Positions 61,890 through 62,925 of a DNA stretch of 62,925 nucleotides are shown one piece after another. Location of the stretch: NCBI GenBank assembly GCA_030264375.1, contig JASCQW010000130.1:29370622-29433546 (forward strand), given 5' to 3'. The position numbers and the translations under genes are program-made. This stretch comes from Carcharhinus longimanus. Its lineage: Eukaryota. The first letter of the stretch is position 1; every line of letters begins with the position of its first letter. The notes under the pieces are model-generated. The model did no database searches, was not told the origin of the DNA, and worked only from the letters and a program-made list of their open reading frames with translations.

Positions 61890-62023
61890 TTGGAATTTTT
61901 CAGCCATTCATACCCTGTCGCTGCTGCAAATGAGAACGGAGAGTTTGGCACTCAGCCAAATCTCTGTTCACTTCAGCGGGATCAAAGAATCCCGCTGGTG
62001 TAAACAGCCAGAAGATTCTGGCC
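61890..62023 (-). mobile_element. Short palindromic MITE-like repeat, sister of 15552-15681
   Basis: Interior aligns to 15575-15650 in reverse; ends in AGATTCTGGCC. Confidence 0.7.
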
Positions 62024-62707
62024 AATATTTTCCACAATAATTGTATTCCTTTCATCTACATAATTAATCACATCCTCAAAAGATGTGATTAAATTTATCA
62101 AGCATTTATCTCTAATAAATTCACATTGATTTCTAAATGACCACAAATTTAATCTCAAATTAAGTTTTGACCACAGAAGACAACTGGTCAATATTTCTAC
62201 AATGACCAGAGATATCCCTCTTTCGAAGAAAGGTGCCTTACTAACCATCCTTTAGTTGCATAGTAAGGAGAACTGAAAAGTTACGATCAAAGCATCTGGC
62301 AACTCTCTTTGACTTACTTCAGCTGCCTAAGACGTATGCCATCACAATCCAGTGACATCCATCTTGAATTTGTTTACTTTTCTCAGAATCAATTAATTTG
62401 GTAGGCCTAGGTAAGAGTCAGTGTAGACTCAATGGGCTGAAGGCCTCCTTCTCCACTGAAGGGATTCCATCTCTCTATGATTTTTCTGCAGTTTACTTCT
62501 AATAATAATAAGAATGGAACATGAACACTGGCATAGACACGTTGGGCTGAATGGTCTGTTTCTGTGCCATTTTCCTATGTAATCCAATGTAATAATTCCA
62601 TATCCTACTCTGAACATTTATATTCCAACATCATTAGTAAAGCAACGTATTTATATTATGCCATACTGTCATGTTCCACAAAGCTAATTAACCAAAGCTT
62701 TTTTTTA

Positions 62708-62925
62708 GTTATGAATGCATGGAAGGAACTGACTGAACCTACATATTAAATAAATTGTTCCTTTAACAGTTACAGCAAAATGATCCACCAACTTCCTTTG
62801 TTGTGTGATCCAATTATTAATAACACAAGACAACATGGAAGTTGGTGGATCATTTTGCTGTAACTGTTAAAGGAACAATTTATTTAATATGTAGGTTCAG
62901 TCAGTTCCTTTCATGCATTCATAAC
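62708..62925. repeat. Long near-perfect inverted repeat: 89-bp arms (62708-62796 and 62837-62925) with a 40-bp spacer
   Basis: Arms are reverse complements with one mismatch; the right arm runs to the window end. Confidence 0.97.

Noticed and set aside
1-62925. A novel multi-gene or prokaryote-type system
   Set aside because: All recognisable coding signal is explained by RELN exons and decayed retroelement fragments.

Overview
This window is vertebrate genomic DNA, not prokaryotic, and its repeat families point to a cartilaginous fish (shark). It lies entirely inside a minus-strand reelin (RELN) gene. I traced 17 consecutive coding exons, equivalent to human exons 11-27 (numbering from recalled human structure). 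All have canonical AG/GT boundaries and splice in frame to 2763 nt (921 codons), covering the end of the N-terminal region, reelin repeats 1-2 and the start of repeat 3, with two EGF-like modules and four Asp-box/BNR motifs. The introns are full of decayed SINEs (HE1/V-SINE-like, Deu-domain, other tRNA-headed), CR1/L2/Rex1-like LINE fragments, Penelope-like remnants and palindromic MITE-like elements, with six N-gaps. Most provided ORFs are spurious. I found no convincing novel multi-gene system. The best leads are a diverged N-t (ADAMTS-type) cleavage site at the start of exon 27, decayed hammerhead-ribozyme-like cores in intronic repeats, a patchwork local duplication near exon 21, and an 89-bp near-perfect inverted repeat at the window end. 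Repeat boundaries are approximate, and human comparisons use sequence recalled from memory.
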